Origin: an uncultured Methanosarcinales archaeon | GTDB taxonomy: Archaea > Nanobdellota > Nanobdellia > Woesearchaeales > GW2011-AR9 | Assembly: GCA_964552945.1 (NCBI GenBank) | Contig: CAZKIP010000004.1 | Location: 25,794-89,793 of the forward strand | Direction: 5' to 3' | DNA length: 64,000 bases | Shown: positions 36,384 to 46,880 of the stretch, piece after piece | How the letters are laid out: every line of letters starts with the position of its first letter | Position numbering within the stretch: the first letter of the stretch is position 1 | Program-made: the position numbers and the translations under genes | The notes under the pieces: model-generated | Databases searched by the model: none | What the model was told of the DNA's origin: nothing | The model's input: only the letters and a program-made list of their open reading frames with translations

Positions 36384-37844
36384 TTATTGATAGGGAACCA
36401 TGTTCCCCCTATTTAACCTAAAATTTGGATCCAATACTTTTTTTACATTGGCAATTTCTTCTAATCCTTCTTCTCCATACATTTGAAATAAATAAGGTTT
36501 CCCAGAAATTTGTTTTTTCCCAACTCCATGTTCTGCAGAAACAGTTCCTCCCAAAGAAACAATTTCTTGAAAAAGTTGTTTATGGATTTCAATAGCAGCT
36601 TCCAACTCTCCTTGATTTCGAGGGATTAAGTTTAGATGAAGATGGTAATCTCCAAGATGTCCAAATAAAGCAGAATTAATTTTTCCATTTCCACAGAAGG
36701 AGTCAAATTCTTCTTGAACTCTTTTGTAAGCAGCAAAAGATTCACTAAATTTTTCTGGAGAAGTGGCAAAATCTGTTGCTATTTTTCTAGTTTGATGTTG
36801 TTTAATTGTTCTGTTAATAGCTTCTGGAACAGAATGTCTTAACATTTTAATTCGCGAATCTTCCCAACCATCAATTGCTCCAGAGATTTCATAAAAATGA
36901 AGTAATAAGGAGGGAGTAAAAGAATCATCTTCAAAATATTCATACATCACTGCAGAGTTTGCACCATTTGGAATAGTTGAAGTGTTAGCTAGTGAGAGGG
37001 CTCTTTGATCAAAATATTCTAATGATAAAATGCCCTTTTCTCCATTATATCTTAAATCTCTTGCTGCATTAGCAAAGTTCATTCCGTCATTAGGGAAAAA
37101 AAACATTCCTGTAGAAATATCTCTTTTTTCATATGCTTTTAACCCTACTTCGGAGATTACTCCCAAGATTCCTTCACTGCCAATGAACAAATCGATAAGA
37201 TCTAAATCTTCTCCAGTATGAAGTCCGGCAGCATTTTTTCCTTCAAACATACGATATTTTGGAAGGGATACAGAATATTTTGTTCCAGAATCTGAAGAAA
37301 AGTCTAATTTGTAATCTTTAGCAAACACTTCTCCTCGATTAATTGAAAGAGTATCTCCATTTGCTAAAATAACTTTAAGATAAGTTACGTGGTTTCTAGT
37401 AGGGCCAAAGGAAAAAGTTCTTGATCCAGAAGCATTGGTGGCAATGGTTCCTCCTATCTGAGCAGAAAGTTCTGTAGGGTTTGGTTGATACCATAAACCA
37501 AGAGTAGAGAGGGTTCTTTCTAAGGAAGATAAAGTAAGACCGGAAGGAACAATGATTTCGTTGTCCTTTCTTAGAATTTTTCCTTCTCTTTCAAAACCGG
37601 GTCGATTTGGAAGGGAGAGGTAATTTTGCAAATTAATTATTAGGCCACCAGAAATAGGTACGGCTGCACCAGTTAAACCGCTTTGGGCACCTTGAATGGT
37701 TACCAATTCTCCCATTTCATGTGCTTCCTGTAAAATTTCTACTAAACAGGATTCATCTTTAGGAAACAAAACTCCTGTTATATTGTCAGGAGAAGCTTTT
37801 AGATTACTTTCATCTGTGAGAAAATCGGGATTAATTTCTTCCAT
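36384..37844 (-). CDS. FAD-binding oxidase (GlcD/D-lactate dehydrogenase-like, PCMH-type FAD domain)
   Basis: 486 aa. GAQSGLTGAAVPISGGLIINL is a FAD-binding motif. C-terminal FAD-linked oxidase domain. Confidence 0.6.
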   Translation of the reverse strand: MEEINPDFLTDESNLKASPDNITGVLFPKDESCLVEILQEAHEMGELVTIQGAQSGLTGAAVPISGGLIINLQNYLSLPNRPGFEREGKILRKDNEIIVPSGLTLSSLERTLSTLGLWYQPNPTELSAQIGGTIATNASGSRTFSFGPTRNHVTYLKVILANGDTLSINRGEVFAKDYKLDFSSDSGTKYSVSLPKYRMFEGKNAAGLHTGEDLDLIDLFIGSEGILGVISEVGLKAYEKRDISTGMFFFPNDGMNFANAARDLRYNGEKGILSLEYFDQRALSLANTSTIPNGANSAVMYEYFEDDSFTPSLLLHFYEISGAIDGWEDSRIKMLRHSVPEAINRTIKQHQTRKIATDFATSPEKFSESFAAYKRVQEEFDSFCGNGKINSALFGHLGDYHLHLNLIPRNQGELEAAIEIHKQLFQEIVSLGGTVSAEHGVGKKQISGKPYLFQMYGEEGLEEIANVKKVLDPNFRLNRGNMVPYQ

Positions 37845-37983
37845 AATTAGGATTATTTTTGATGGCTTTTAAATTATATGAATCATAATTTTTAGATATA
37901 TTAAGCAGAATAAGAAATGATTTAAAAATTTAAAACAAACTTTTAAATATTCCTTAATATAAAGATAGGTAAGAGGTGTTATA

Positions 37984-40284
37984 ATGTCATATGTTGCTTG
38001 GTTTAAAGATTTAAATAAAGATTCTATCGCTGTAGCCGGTGGGAAAGGTGCCAATTTAGGAGAGATGTTTAATTTAGGCCTTCCTATTCCAGGGGGATTT
38101 TCTGTTACCGCTCAAACATATAAAGAATTTATTGAGAAAACTGGTATTAAAAGTAAGATTGAAGAACTTTTAAAAGGACTCAATATCGAAGATACGAAAG
38201 TATTACAAGAAGTTGCTAAAAAAATTCAAGAATTAATTATTTCTATTCCAGTTCCTGAAGAAATGAAAGAGGAAATTCAAGATAGTTATGAACTTTTGGG
38301 AGCGGAAAAGGAAGCCCATGATTTGGTTGAAGCTAAAGAAGTTTTTGTAGCTGTAAGAAGTAGTGCAACTGCTGAAGATCTTCCCGAAGCTAGTTTTGCA
38401 GGACAGCAGGCAACCTTTCTAAATGTTAAAGGAAAAGATAATGTGGTTAAAGCGGTTAGGGCTTGTTGGGCATCTTTGTTTACAGCAAGAGCAATCTATT
38501 ACAGAGAAAAAAATGATTTTGATCATAGTAAAGTTTTAATTTCAGCAATAGTTCAGAAAATGGTTAATTCTGAGAAAGCAGGAATTATGTTTACCATTAA
38601 TCCCGCTACTAACAATGGAAAAGAAATTGTTATTGAGGCGGTGTATGGTTTAGGAGAATATATTGTTGGTGGCCAAGTAAACCCCGATTTATACATTGTT
38701 GACAAGGATAATAAAGAGATTAAGAAAAGAGAAATTAAGAAACAAGAAGTCGGTTTGTTTAGGGGAGAGACGGGAGAAAATGAAAAGCAAGAAATTCCTA
38801 AAGAAATACAAGAGCGTCAAATTGTTGTTGATTCAGATGTCTTAGAACTAGCAAGATTAGGAAGAAAAATCGAGGAACATTATGGGAAACCTCAAGATAT
38901 AGAGTGGGCCATTGAAGGTAATGATATTTTTATTGTTCAATCTAGAGCTGTAACAACTTACAAACCAAAAGAATGTAAAGATGAAAAAGAAGTTTGTGAA
39001 GAAGAAGGAAAAATTCTTTTGAAAGGGGAAACGGCTTCTTCGGGAGTATATTCTGGAAAAGTAAAATTAATCTCGGATCCATCGGAACTTGATAAAATTG
39101 AGAAGGGAGATGTTCTTGTTACGAGTATGACCACTCCGGATATGGTTCCTGCTATGCAAAGAGCAGGCGCAATAGTAACAAATGAAGGAGGAATGACTTG
39201 TCATGCCGCAATTGTTTCTAGAGAGATGGGTATTCCTTGTATTGTGGGTACGGACCATGCTACTGAAGTTTTGAAAGAAAATCAAATCATAACGGTTCAC
39301 GCTTCTAGAGGAATTGTTTATGAAGGTAAAATTGCGATAAAAAAGGAAGAGCAAGTTGAGAAAGTTGTTACTCAAGCTGCAGATATTATTACCGCAACAG
39401 AAGTTAAAGTGATAATGGATATCCCTGATTTTGCTGGAAGAGCAGCAGCTACTGGTGCCGATGGCGTTGGGTTGGTTAGGTTAGAGATAATGATTGCCAA
39501 TGGAGGAATTCATCCAGCGGAGTATATTAGAGAAGGTAATGAGAAGGCTTACATTGAATTACTCAAAAAAGGAATTGGAACAATTGCAAAATCTTTTGAT
39601 GGTAAAACTGTTTGGGTGAGATGTTCAGATATGAGGACTGACGAATATCGAAATTTGAAAGGCGGGGACCAAGAACCTAAAGAAACTGACCCAATGATTG
39701 GTTGGCATGCAATTAGAAGGTTATTGGATGAGGAAAAAATCTTACGTGCAGAATTTCAAGCAATAAGGGAGCTACATTATGAGGGACATAAGAATGTTGG
39801 AGTAATGATTCCTTTTGTGATTAATGTTGATGAAGTTAAGAAAGCTAAGGAAATAATGAGGGATGTTGGCTTAGAACCATGCAAGGCAATTGATTTTGGA
39901 GTAATGATTGAAACACCTGCTTCATGTTGGATTATTGAAGATTTGTGTAAGGAAGGAATTAGTTTTATTTCTTTTGGAACTAATGATTTAACTCAGCTAA
40001 CTTTGGGAATAGATAGAAACAATCAAAGAATCCAAAAATCGTTTGATGAAATGCATCCTGCGGTGTTGGGAGAAATGGCTAAAGTGATTAAAGTTTGCAA
40101 AACTTATGGGGTGAAGACTTCCATTTGTGGTCAAGCTGGTTCAAGACCAGAGATGGCCGAATTTTTAGTTCATCAAGGGATTGATTCCATCTCTGCGAAT
40201 GCGGATGCCGTTGATGAGATAAGGCATACCGTAGCTAGAGTTGAGAAGAAGCTGTTGTTGGATCATGAAAGAGAAAGGGAATAA
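37984..40284 (+). CDS. ppsA: Phosphoenolpyruvate synthase (pyruvate, water dikinase)
   Basis: 766 aa. N-terminal ATP-grasp-like PPDK_N. Swivel domain with GGMTCHAAIVSREMGIPCIVGT. C-terminal PEP-utilising TIM barrel. Confidence 0.9.
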   Translation: MSYVAWFKDLNKDSIAVAGGKGANLGEMFNLGLPIPGGFSVTAQTYKEFIEKTGIKSKIEELLKGLNIEDTKVLQEVAKKIQELIISIPVPEEMKEEIQDSYELLGAEKEAHDLVEAKEVFVAVRSSATAEDLPEASFAGQQATFLNVKGKDNVVKAVRACWASLFTARAIYYREKNDFDHSKVLISAIVQKMVNSEKAGIMFTINPATNNGKEIVIEAVYGLGEYIVGGQVNPDLYIVDKDNKEIKKREIKKQEVGLFRGETGENEKQEIPKEIQERQIVVDSDVLELARLGRKIEEHYGKPQDIEWAIEGNDIFIVQSRAVTTYKPKECKDEKEVCEEEGKILLKGETASSGVYSGKVKLISDPSELDKIEKGDVLVTSMTTPDMVPAMQRAGAIVTNEGGMTCHAAIVSREMGIPCIVGTDHATEVLKENQIITVHASRGIVYEGKIAIKKEEQVEKVVTQAADIITATEVKVIMDIPDFAGRAAATGADGVGLVRLEIMIANGGIHPAEYIREGNEKAYIELLKKGIGTIAKSFDGKTVWVRCSDMRTDEYRNLKGGDQEPKETDPMIGWHAIRRLLDEEKILRAEFQAIRELHYEGHKNVGVMIPFVINVDEVKKAKEIMRDVGLEPCKAIDFGVMIETPASCWIIEDLCKEGISFISFGTNDLTQLTLGIDRNNQRIQKSFDEMHPAVLGEMAKVIKVCKTYGVKTSICGQAGSRPEMAEFLVHQGIDSISANADAVDEIRHTVARVEKKLLLDHERERE

Positions 40285-40291
40285 TTTTATT

Positions 40292-40630
40292 TTATTTTTT
40301 AATTTTTTTTGAAATAGTTGTTTTAGAACTCTTCATAGGAATTCTTGTAAACTTCTTACATTCAAAACAGGAAATAACTACCTTACCTTCTCTAGTTCTG
40401 ACACGGCCATTCGAACCAGAGCGGATATACTTATAACAATGTTTACAATATTTCCTCTTATATTCCCGTGGCATTCTCAACTTAACTTTCATTGCTATTT
40501 TACGAGCCAAAGTAACGTATCTGTTTGCCAAAGGGGAAGGAAATGCGTCATCCGCTTTAGAAAAAAGAGTTTTTATTCTCTCTTTTGCAATATCCTTCTG
40601 TTTCTTTTTTGGAATTAATGGTTTACTCAT
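40292..40630 (-). CDS. rnp4: RNase P protein component 4 (Rpp21/Rpr2)
   Basis: ANRYVTLARKIAMKVKLRMPREYKRKYCKHCYKYIR...SCFECKKF. Rpr2 fold with a C-x2-C...C-x2-C zinc ribbon. Confidence 0.75.
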   Translation of the reverse strand: MSKPLIPKKKQKDIAKERIKTLFSKADDAFPSPLANRYVTLARKIAMKVKLRMPREYKRKYCKHCYKYIRSGSNGRVRTREGKVVISCFECKKFTRIPMKSSKTTISKKIKK

Positions 40631-40683
40631 ATCCTTTAAAGATAGGGAAACTTTATAAATTATTTTCTTTATTGTAAATAAAT

Positions 40684-41043
40684 ATGGTTAGAGGAAGGCC
40701 AACAAAAAGTATCATCCGGCAGAATATAATAGAAATTCTTAATGTTATAAACCAAGGTTATGGTTATCAGATAGCTAAAGTTTATAATGAGATTTTTCCT
40801 CCGGTGTCACAAAGAAGCATTTATTATCATTTAAGGAAAGGAGTTTTTACTAAGGAAATAGCGGTTCATAAAATTGAAGAGGAAAGAGGAGACTTTTCTT
40901 GGGGAAGTGTGGTTGAAAAAATTTATTACACTCTTGATAATAAAGCGAGCCCAAAGGGAGAGGAGAGAGTTAAAGATTTTTTTAAAAATAAAAAATCACT
41001 TAAGAAAGGTTTAAAAAATATATTTGGAAAATTTAAAAAATGA
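40684..41043 (+). CDS. PadR-like winged-helix transcriptional regulator
   Basis: IRQNIIEILNVINQGYGYQIAKVYNEIFPPVSQRSIYYHLRKGV. Confidence 0.55.
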   Translation: MVRGRPTKSIIRQNIIEILNVINQGYGYQIAKVYNEIFPPVSQRSIYYHLRKGVFTKEIAVHKIEEERGDFSWGSVVEKIYYTLDNKASPKGEERVKDFFKNKKSLKKGLKNIFGKFKK

Positions 41044-41729
41044 GCAAAATAAATAATTTTAAAGCAAAAATTGTTAAAAAAGAAGATTTGGCAGACTCAA
41101 TTATTCTCATTTCTCTATCAGCTCCAGAGGGATTTGAATTTGAAGCAGGACAATTTGTTACTTTGGTTATTAATAAAGAGGGGGAGAAAAAACCAAGGTC
41201 TTATTCAATCTTAAACCCACCTTCTAAGAAAGGAAAAATTGATTTATGCATTAAGATAGTTGAGGGAGGTTTTGCTTCAGAAATTTTTAGAAACCTAAAG
41301 ATTGGCGATGAATTTGAAGTTAAGGGGCCCTTTGGCCATTTTAAGTTTGAAGATGATGAGAATGAAGAAGCTTGGCTTTTATGTGCTGGTACAGGAGTAG
41401 TTCCATTTTATAGTATTTTAAAAGAGCATTTAGAAAAATCAAGCAAAAAGTTTGTTCTTTTATTTGGAGCTAGGACACAAAATGAGTTGTGTTTTAATAA
41501 GGAATTTCTTGAACTTGAAAAGAGCTATGAACGATTTACTTACAAACCAGTTATAAGTAGGGAAGATTGGGATGGATTAAAAGGGCATGTTCAAGATCAT
41601 TTACCAGAAAATTTGAAAAACAAAACTTTTTATATTTGTGGTTTGAAAGAACTGGTACTAGAAACAAAGGAGAAATTGTCTTCTTCTGGAGTTGATCCAA
41701 AATATATTAAATCTGAAAGATATTCGTAG
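41040..41729 (+). CDS. FNR-like FAD/NAD(P)-binding oxidoreductase (PyrK/sulfide dehydrogenase-like electron-transfer subunit)
   Basis: RSYSILN (RxYS FAD motif) and LLCAGTGVVPFYSIL (GTGxxP NAD motif). Confidence 0.6.
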   Translation: MSKINNFKAKIVKKEDLADSIILISLSAPEGFEFEAGQFVTLVINKEGEKKPRSYSILNPPSKKGKIDLCIKIVEGGFASEIFRNLKIGDEFEVKGPFGHFKFEDDENEEAWLLCAGTGVVPFYSILKEHLEKSSKKFVLLFGARTQNELCFNKEFLELEKSYERFTYKPVISREDWDGLKGHVQDHLPENLKNKTFYICGLKELVLETKEKLSSSGVDPKYIKSERYS

Positions 41730-43196
41730 GTGATTAAGGTGAAAATTGATATAAAAAATAAGTTAGATTCAAAGCAAGACGTTCTCATTGTTGGTAGGTT
41801 TGAGAAAGGAAAAATTGGAATGAATGTTTTGGATAAAGAATTATTATCTGAGAAAAGTTTTTCTGGAAAATGGGGGGACCAATATGTAACGACTCTTCCT
41901 TCTTACAAGAAAGTTTTAGTTCTTGGATTGGGAGATGAAAAAAAGTTAACTTTAGAAAAAGTTCGCAGATTAATGGGTAAGGCTGTATCTTTCACTAAAT
42001 CTTCTAAAAACAATGGTTTTACTACAGATATTTTACAGAAACTAAACTTTGATGCCGTTTTACTTGGAAGAGCTGTAACAGAAGGCTTAATTCTTGCCGA
42101 TTATGGATTTACAAAATATTTAGCTAAAGAAAAAAGGGATAAAAAGAAACCTCTTCAAGGAGTTTCAGTAGTTTTTTCATCAAACAAATCTTTTTCAAAA
42201 GGCCTAAATCAAGGGAAGATTATTGCTGAGTCTACAAATCTTGTAAGAGATTTAGTTAATGAACCGGCAAATGTAATTAATTCAATTTCTATTGAAAGAG
42301 TTGCTAAGAAAATAGTTGCTGGTTCAAAAAAATTAAAGTTGAAAGTTTTAAATCAACCAGAGTTAAAAAGGCTGGGGATGGGGGCTCTTCTTGGAGTTAA
42401 TGCTGGAAGTAGAAATCCTCCAAAGTTAATTATTTTAGAATATAATGGCGCTAAAAGCAAAGGAAAACCAACTGCTATAGTGGGAAAAGGAATTACTTTT
42501 GATTCTGGAGGTTACAACATAAAACCTACTGGTTATATAGAATCCATGAAAACTGATATGGGTGGAGCTGGCGCAGTTCTTGGGACTATGAAAGCTGCTG
42601 CTGCTCTTAACATAAATAAAAATTTGATTGGTGTATTGGCCGTTTGTGAGAATATGGTTGATGGTCAAGCGCAAAGACCAGGAGATATTATTAAAGCTTA
42701 CAATGGAAAAACAATTGAGATAGGTAATACAGATGCCGAGGGAAGGTTAGTTTTAGCAGATGCTCTTGCTTACACTGAAGAAAGATATAAACCAGAAATA
42801 ATGATAGATCTAGCCACTTTAACCGGTGCATGCGTAGTTGCATTAGGTTATTATGCTGCTGCATTGGTTGGTAATGATGATAAATTAATTGAAAAAATCA
42901 AAGAAGCAGGATCAAGTAGTGGAGATAGAGTTTGGCCTTTACCTTTTTTTGAAGATTACCATGATTGGATGGATGGCTCTATTTCTGATTTAAACAATAT
43001 GGCTCAGAAAGGAAAGGGATGGGAAGGCGGTTCAATTACTGCCGGAGTATTTTTGAGTAAATTTGTGAGTAAGGCAAAATGGGCTCATTTAGATATTGCT
43101 GGATCGGCTAGGTTACAAGTTGGAAACGATTACTTAAACAAAGGAGTTTCTGGTTCAGGAGTGAGGGTGTTAAGTTATTATTTGTTGAGGGAATGA
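41730..43196 (+). CDS. pepA: Leucyl aminopeptidase (M17)
   Basis: NTDAEGRLVLADALAY is the M17 signature. GTG start in the track; an alternative GTG at 41739 is preceded by aggtga. Confidence 0.85.
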   Translation: MIKVKIDIKNKLDSKQDVLIVGRFEKGKIGMNVLDKELLSEKSFSGKWGDQYVTTLPSYKKVLVLGLGDEKKLTLEKVRRLMGKAVSFTKSSKNNGFTTDILQKLNFDAVLLGRAVTEGLILADYGFTKYLAKEKRDKKKPLQGVSVVFSSNKSFSKGLNQGKIIAESTNLVRDLVNEPANVINSISIERVAKKIVAGSKKLKLKVLNQPELKRLGMGALLGVNAGSRNPPKLIILEYNGAKSKGKPTAIVGKGITFDSGGYNIKPTGYIESMKTDMGGAGAVLGTMKAAAALNINKNLIGVLAVCENMVDGQAQRPGDIIKAYNGKTIEIGNTDAEGRLVLADALAYTEERYKPEIMIDLATLTGACVVALGYYAAALVGNDDKLIEKIKEAGSSSGDRVWPLPFFEDYHDWMDGSISDLNNMAQKGKGWEGGSITAGVFLSKFVSKAKWAHLDIAGSARLQVGNDYLNKGVSGSGVRVLSYYLLRE

Positions 43197-44116
43197 ATAT
43201 GGAAAAAGTTGTTATTTTAGGTACTGGAATTGCTGGATGTACAGCGGGAATTTATGCTGCTCGTGCAAATTTGTCACCGCTTCTAATCTCTGGTGAGAAA
43301 GATGGCGGCCAATTGATGTTAACTACAGACGTGGAAAATTTTCCCGGTTTTCCTGAAGGAGTTCAGGGACCGGAGTTGGTTGAAAAGGCAAAAAAGCAGG
43401 CGGAAAAGTTTGGTGCCAAATTTAAGATTGATATTGCTCAATCGTTTGAGGAAATTGCAGGTGGTTTTGAAGTTGCTCTAATGGGTGGTGAAAAAGTGCA
43501 GACTGAAACACTTATCATCGCCACTGGGGCTTCTGCAAGATGGCTTGGCATTCCTTCGGAAGAGAAGTATAGGGGAAGAGGAGTTACCACTTGTGCTACT
43601 TGCGATGGGGCTTTCTTTAAAGATAAGGAAGTCATTGTAATAGGTGGCGGAGATTCGGCTATGGAAGAATCTTTATTTTTAACAAAATTCTGTTCTAAAG
43701 TTACTGTAGTACATAGAAGAGATGAGTTGAGGGCATCTAAAATAATGCAAGATAAAGCTAAAAAAAATCCAAAAATAAATTTTATTTGGGATTCAGTAAT
43801 AGAAGAAATTTATGGAGAGAAAGTTGTTCAAGGAGTGAAGTTAAAGAATTTAAAAACAAATGAAGTAAATGATTTCAAAACTGATGGAGTTTTTCTAGCA
43901 ATTGGCCACATTCCAAATACAAAATTTTTGGTGGGAAAATTAGAATTGGATGATCATGGCTATTTGAAAGCAAGTAAGGAGATGCATACTTCTATGAAAG
44001 GGGTTTTTGCAGCTGGAGATGTTCAGGATGTTAGATTTAGGCAGGCGATAACTGCAGCAGGTTCAGGATGTATGGCTGCAATGGAAGCTGAGAAATATTT
44101 AGCCGAGAAGGAATGA
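43193..44116 (+). CDS. trxB: Thioredoxin-disulfide reductase
   Basis: GTGIAGCTAGIYAARA (FAD binding), CATCDG redox-active site, GGGDSAMEE (NADPH binding). Confidence 0.9.
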   Translation: MNMEKVVILGTGIAGCTAGIYAARANLSPLLISGEKDGGQLMLTTDVENFPGFPEGVQGPELVEKAKKQAEKFGAKFKIDIAQSFEEIAGGFEVALMGGEKVQTETLIIATGASARWLGIPSEEKYRGRGVTTCATCDGAFFKDKEVIVIGGGDSAMEESLFLTKFCSKVTVVHRRDELRASKIMQDKAKKNPKINFIWDSVIEEIYGEKVVQGVKLKNLKTNEVNDFKTDGVFLAIGHIPNTKFLVGKLELDDHGYLKASKEMHTSMKGVFAAGDVQDVRFRQAITAAGSGCMAAMEAEKYLAEKE

Positions 44117-45406
44117 ACTTGGTTTTTTATAAATTGGAAAATCTCTACATAACAAATTTACATCGTTTCTTATTTTTTCTTTCATTTCTTTATTATCCAT
44201 ATTTTTAATAACTTTAGAAATCCATTCTCCAACCAATTGCATCTCTGACTCTTTCATCCCTTGAGTGGTTAGAGAAGGAGTACCTATCCTAACTCCAGAT
44301 GGTTTAAATGGTGTAGAAGGGTCGAAAGGAACGGTGTTACAATTGGTACAAATTCCTGCTTCTTCTAAAGAAATGGCGGCAGGTTTTCCTAAACCAATTC
44401 CAAAATTTCTTAGATCAATTAGGATCAAATGGTTATCGGTTCCATTTGTAACTAATTTAATCTCGTTTTCCATTAAAGTATTGGCAAGAACTTTTGCATT
44501 CTTAATAATTTGATGAGCGTAATTTTGAAATTCTGGTTGCGATGCTTCTTGGAAAGCGATTGCTTTAGCAGCGATAACATTTTCATGAGGCCCTCCTTGT
44601 AATCCTGGGAAAACTGCTCTGTCAATTTTTGCGGCAAGATTTTTTTTTCTTTTCGCCTTTTTTTCATCCAATCCTTCTACATTGGCTAACCTATCTTCTT
44701 TCTTAGAAAAAATCATTGCCCCTCTTGGTCCTCTGAGAGTTTTATGGGTAGTTGTCATAACTACATCTGTGAATGGAAAAGGTGAAGGGTGGGCGTTCCC
44801 AGCGATTAAACCGGCAATATGTGAAACATCGGCAAAAGAGTAAGCACCAACTTCTTCTGCAATTTCGTGAAATGCTTTGAAATCAATTTTACGAGGGTAA
44901 GCTGTAGCTCCCGAAACTAATATTTTTGGTCTTTCAATGAGGGCTTGTTTTCTAATAATATCCAAATCTAGAAGTTCTGTTTCTTTATCTACTCCATATT
45001 GTATTGCTTGGAAATATCTTGATGTTGCACTCACAGCATGGCCATGTGTTAAATGTCCTCCCATATCTAATCTCATTCCTAATATCTTTTCTCCTGGTTT
45101 GAGAAGTGCATGATATATAGCCAAGTTAGCTGGACTTCCCGAATAAGGTTGAACGTTTACATGTTCTGCATTAAACAATTTCTTTGCTCTTTCAATTGCT
45201 AGCATTTCAACAGAATCTACAAATTCATTTCCTTGATAATACCTTTTTTGTGGGTAACCTTCGGCATACTTGTTTGTAAGAACACTACCTGTTGCTTCTA
45301 GAACGGCTGAAGAAACAAAATTTTCTGAAGGAATCATATTTAGAGTAGTTTGTTGTCTTTGCAATTCCTTTTTAATCATCTCTTTAACTTGGAAATCCAT
45401 TTTCAT
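44099..45406 (-). CDS. glyA: Serine hydroxymethyltransferase
   Basis: TTTHKTLRGPRGAMIF is the PLP-lysine motif. 435 aa. Confidence 0.9.
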   Translation of the reverse strand: MKMDFQVKEMIKKELQRQQTTLNMIPSENFVSSAVLEATGSVLTNKYAEGYPQKRYYQGNEFVDSVEMLAIERAKKLFNAEHVNVQPYSGSPANLAIYHALLKPGEKILGMRLDMGGHLTHGHAVSATSRYFQAIQYGVDKETELLDLDIIRKQALIERPKILVSGATAYPRKIDFKAFHEIAEEVGAYSFADVSHIAGLIAGNAHPSPFPFTDVVMTTTHKTLRGPRGAMIFSKKEDRLANVEGLDEKKAKRKKNLAAKIDRAVFPGLQGGPHENVIAAKAIAFQEASQPEFQNYAHQIIKNAKVLANTLMENEIKLVTNGTDNHLILIDLRNFGIGLGKPAAISLEEAGICTNCNTVPFDPSTPFKPSGVRIGTPSLTTQGMKESEMQLVGEWISKVIKNMDNKEMKEKIRNDVNLLCRDFPIYKKPSSFLLG

Positions 45407-45887
45407 TTTTCTCTATGTTCTTATCTTTTCTCTTGTAAACTACAAATTCAAATTTTTCATGGTCCTCTTTTTTTTCTACTTCCCACTCCTCTTCATTCCA
45501 ATCGGGGAAGTAAGTGTCGCCTTCATAATCTTCTTTTATGAATGAAAGGTACATTTTGTCAACTAAAGGAATTGCCATATTATAAATTTGAGTTCCTCCT
45601 ATTACAAAAATGTTTTTTTCATGTTTTTTTGCTTTTTCTAAAGCCTGTTCCATGCTTGTTGCCCACTCAACTCGAGAATCTTCAAAACGAGGTGTTCTGC
45701 TAATAATGATGTTATTCCTTTTGGGCAATGGTCTACCAACAGAATCATATGTCTTACGTCCCATAATAACTGTGGAATTGGAAGTTAGTTTTCTAAACAT
45801 AGCTAGCTCTTCTGGAATTTCCCAAGGGAGCCAATTATTTTTACCTATAATCTTGTTCTTAGTCATTGCGGAAATTATTATTATCAT
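45384..45887 (-). CDS. folA: Dihydrofolate reductase
   Basis: MIIIISAMTKNKIIGKNNWLPW...VIMGRKTYDS...FVIGGTQIY. The tracked ORF extends to TTG 45899. The ATG at 45887 sits 1 nt from the thyA stop. Confidence 0.85.
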   Translation of the reverse strand: MIIIISAMTKNKIIGKNNWLPWEIPEELAMFRKLTSNSTVIMGRKTYDSVGRPLPKRNNIIISRTPRFEDSRVEWATSMEQALEKAKKHEKNIFVIGGTQIYNMAIPLVDKMYLSFIKEDYEGDTYFPDWNEEEWEVEKKEDHEKFEFVVYKRKDKNIEKNENGFPS

Positions 45888-45888
45888 C

Positions 45889-46785
45889 TTATACAGCAAT
45901 TGGTGCTTTTATCCTTGGATGGGGGTCATAATTTTCTAAAGTGAAATCATCAATCTTAAAATCAAAAATGTTTTTAATTTCTGGATTTAATTTCATTGTT
46001 GGTAGATCTCTTATATCCCTACTTAGTTGTTCTTTTACTTGATCAAGATGATTCAGGTAAATGTGAGTGTCTCCACCGGTCCAGACAAAATCTCCCAATT
46101 CAAGATTACAAACTTGTGCAATCATCATAGTTAATAATGCATAGGATGCAATGTTAAATGGGACTCCTAAAAAGACATCACAACTTCTTTGGTAAAGTTG
46201 GCAAGAAAGTTTATTATCACTAACGTAGAATTGGAATAATAAATGGCAAGGAGGTAAAGCCATTTTTTCAACTTCTGAAGGATTCCAAGCAACTACAATA
46301 TGTCTTCTACTATGGGGTTTATTTTTTATTTGCTCAATAACTTGAGTAATTTGATCAACTCCACCAAAGTTCCTCCATTGTCTTCCATATACAGGACCAA
46401 GGTTTCCCCATTTTTCTGCAAAAGAAGAATTTATTTTTATTTCTTCAACAAATTTTTTCATCTGTTCTTTCCACTCGTGGGAGTACTTAGGATATTTCTC
46501 TTCTAAATTCATCTCTTTTAGAAATTTCTGGAATGGCCACTCGTTCCAAATTTTAACATTATTGTCAACAAGATATTTAACATTAGTTTCACCTTTTAGA
46601 AACCATAACAATTCGTGTGTAATACCTCGCATGAACGTCTTTTTTGTTGTAAGAAGGGGGAATCCTTCTGCAAGATTGAAACGCATTTGGTGACCAAATA
46701 CTGCAATCGTTCCAGTCCCAGTTCGGTCTTCTTTTTTCACCCCTTTTTCAAGAATGTGTTTAAGTAAGTCTAGGTATTGTTTCAA
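45889..46785 (-). CDS. thyA: Thymidylate synthase (ThyA, bacterial type)
   Basis: [26 protein letters not shown]...[11 protein letters not shown]. The N-terminus is nearly identical to E. coli ThyA. TTG start codon. Confidence 0.9.
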   Translation of the reverse strand: MKQYLDLLKHILEKGVKKEDRTGTGTIAVFGHQMRFNLAEGFPLLTTKKTFMRGITHELLWFLKGETNVKYLVDNNVKIWNEWPFQKFLKEMNLEEKYPKYSHEWKEQMKKFVEEIKINSSFAEKWGNLGPVYGRQWRNFGGVDQITQVIEQIKNKPHSRRHIVVAWNPSEVEKMALPPCHLLFQFYVSDNKLSCQLYQRSCDVFLGVPFNIASYALLTMMIAQVCNLELGDFVWTGGDTHIYLNHLDQVKEQLSRDIRDLPTMKLNPEIKNIFDFKIDDFTLENYDPHPRIKAPIAV

Positions 46786-46880
46786 TTTACCACCCCACTT
46801 TTTAGGATTAAAGGTTGTTTAAATAGATTGTTGTGATGGGGGAGAGATTTTTTAAATAAAAAGGATTTTTTTGTCTCAAA

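Noticed and set aside
37030-37221. 63-aa plus-strand ORF
   Set aside because: It is antisense within the FAD-binding oxidase gene.
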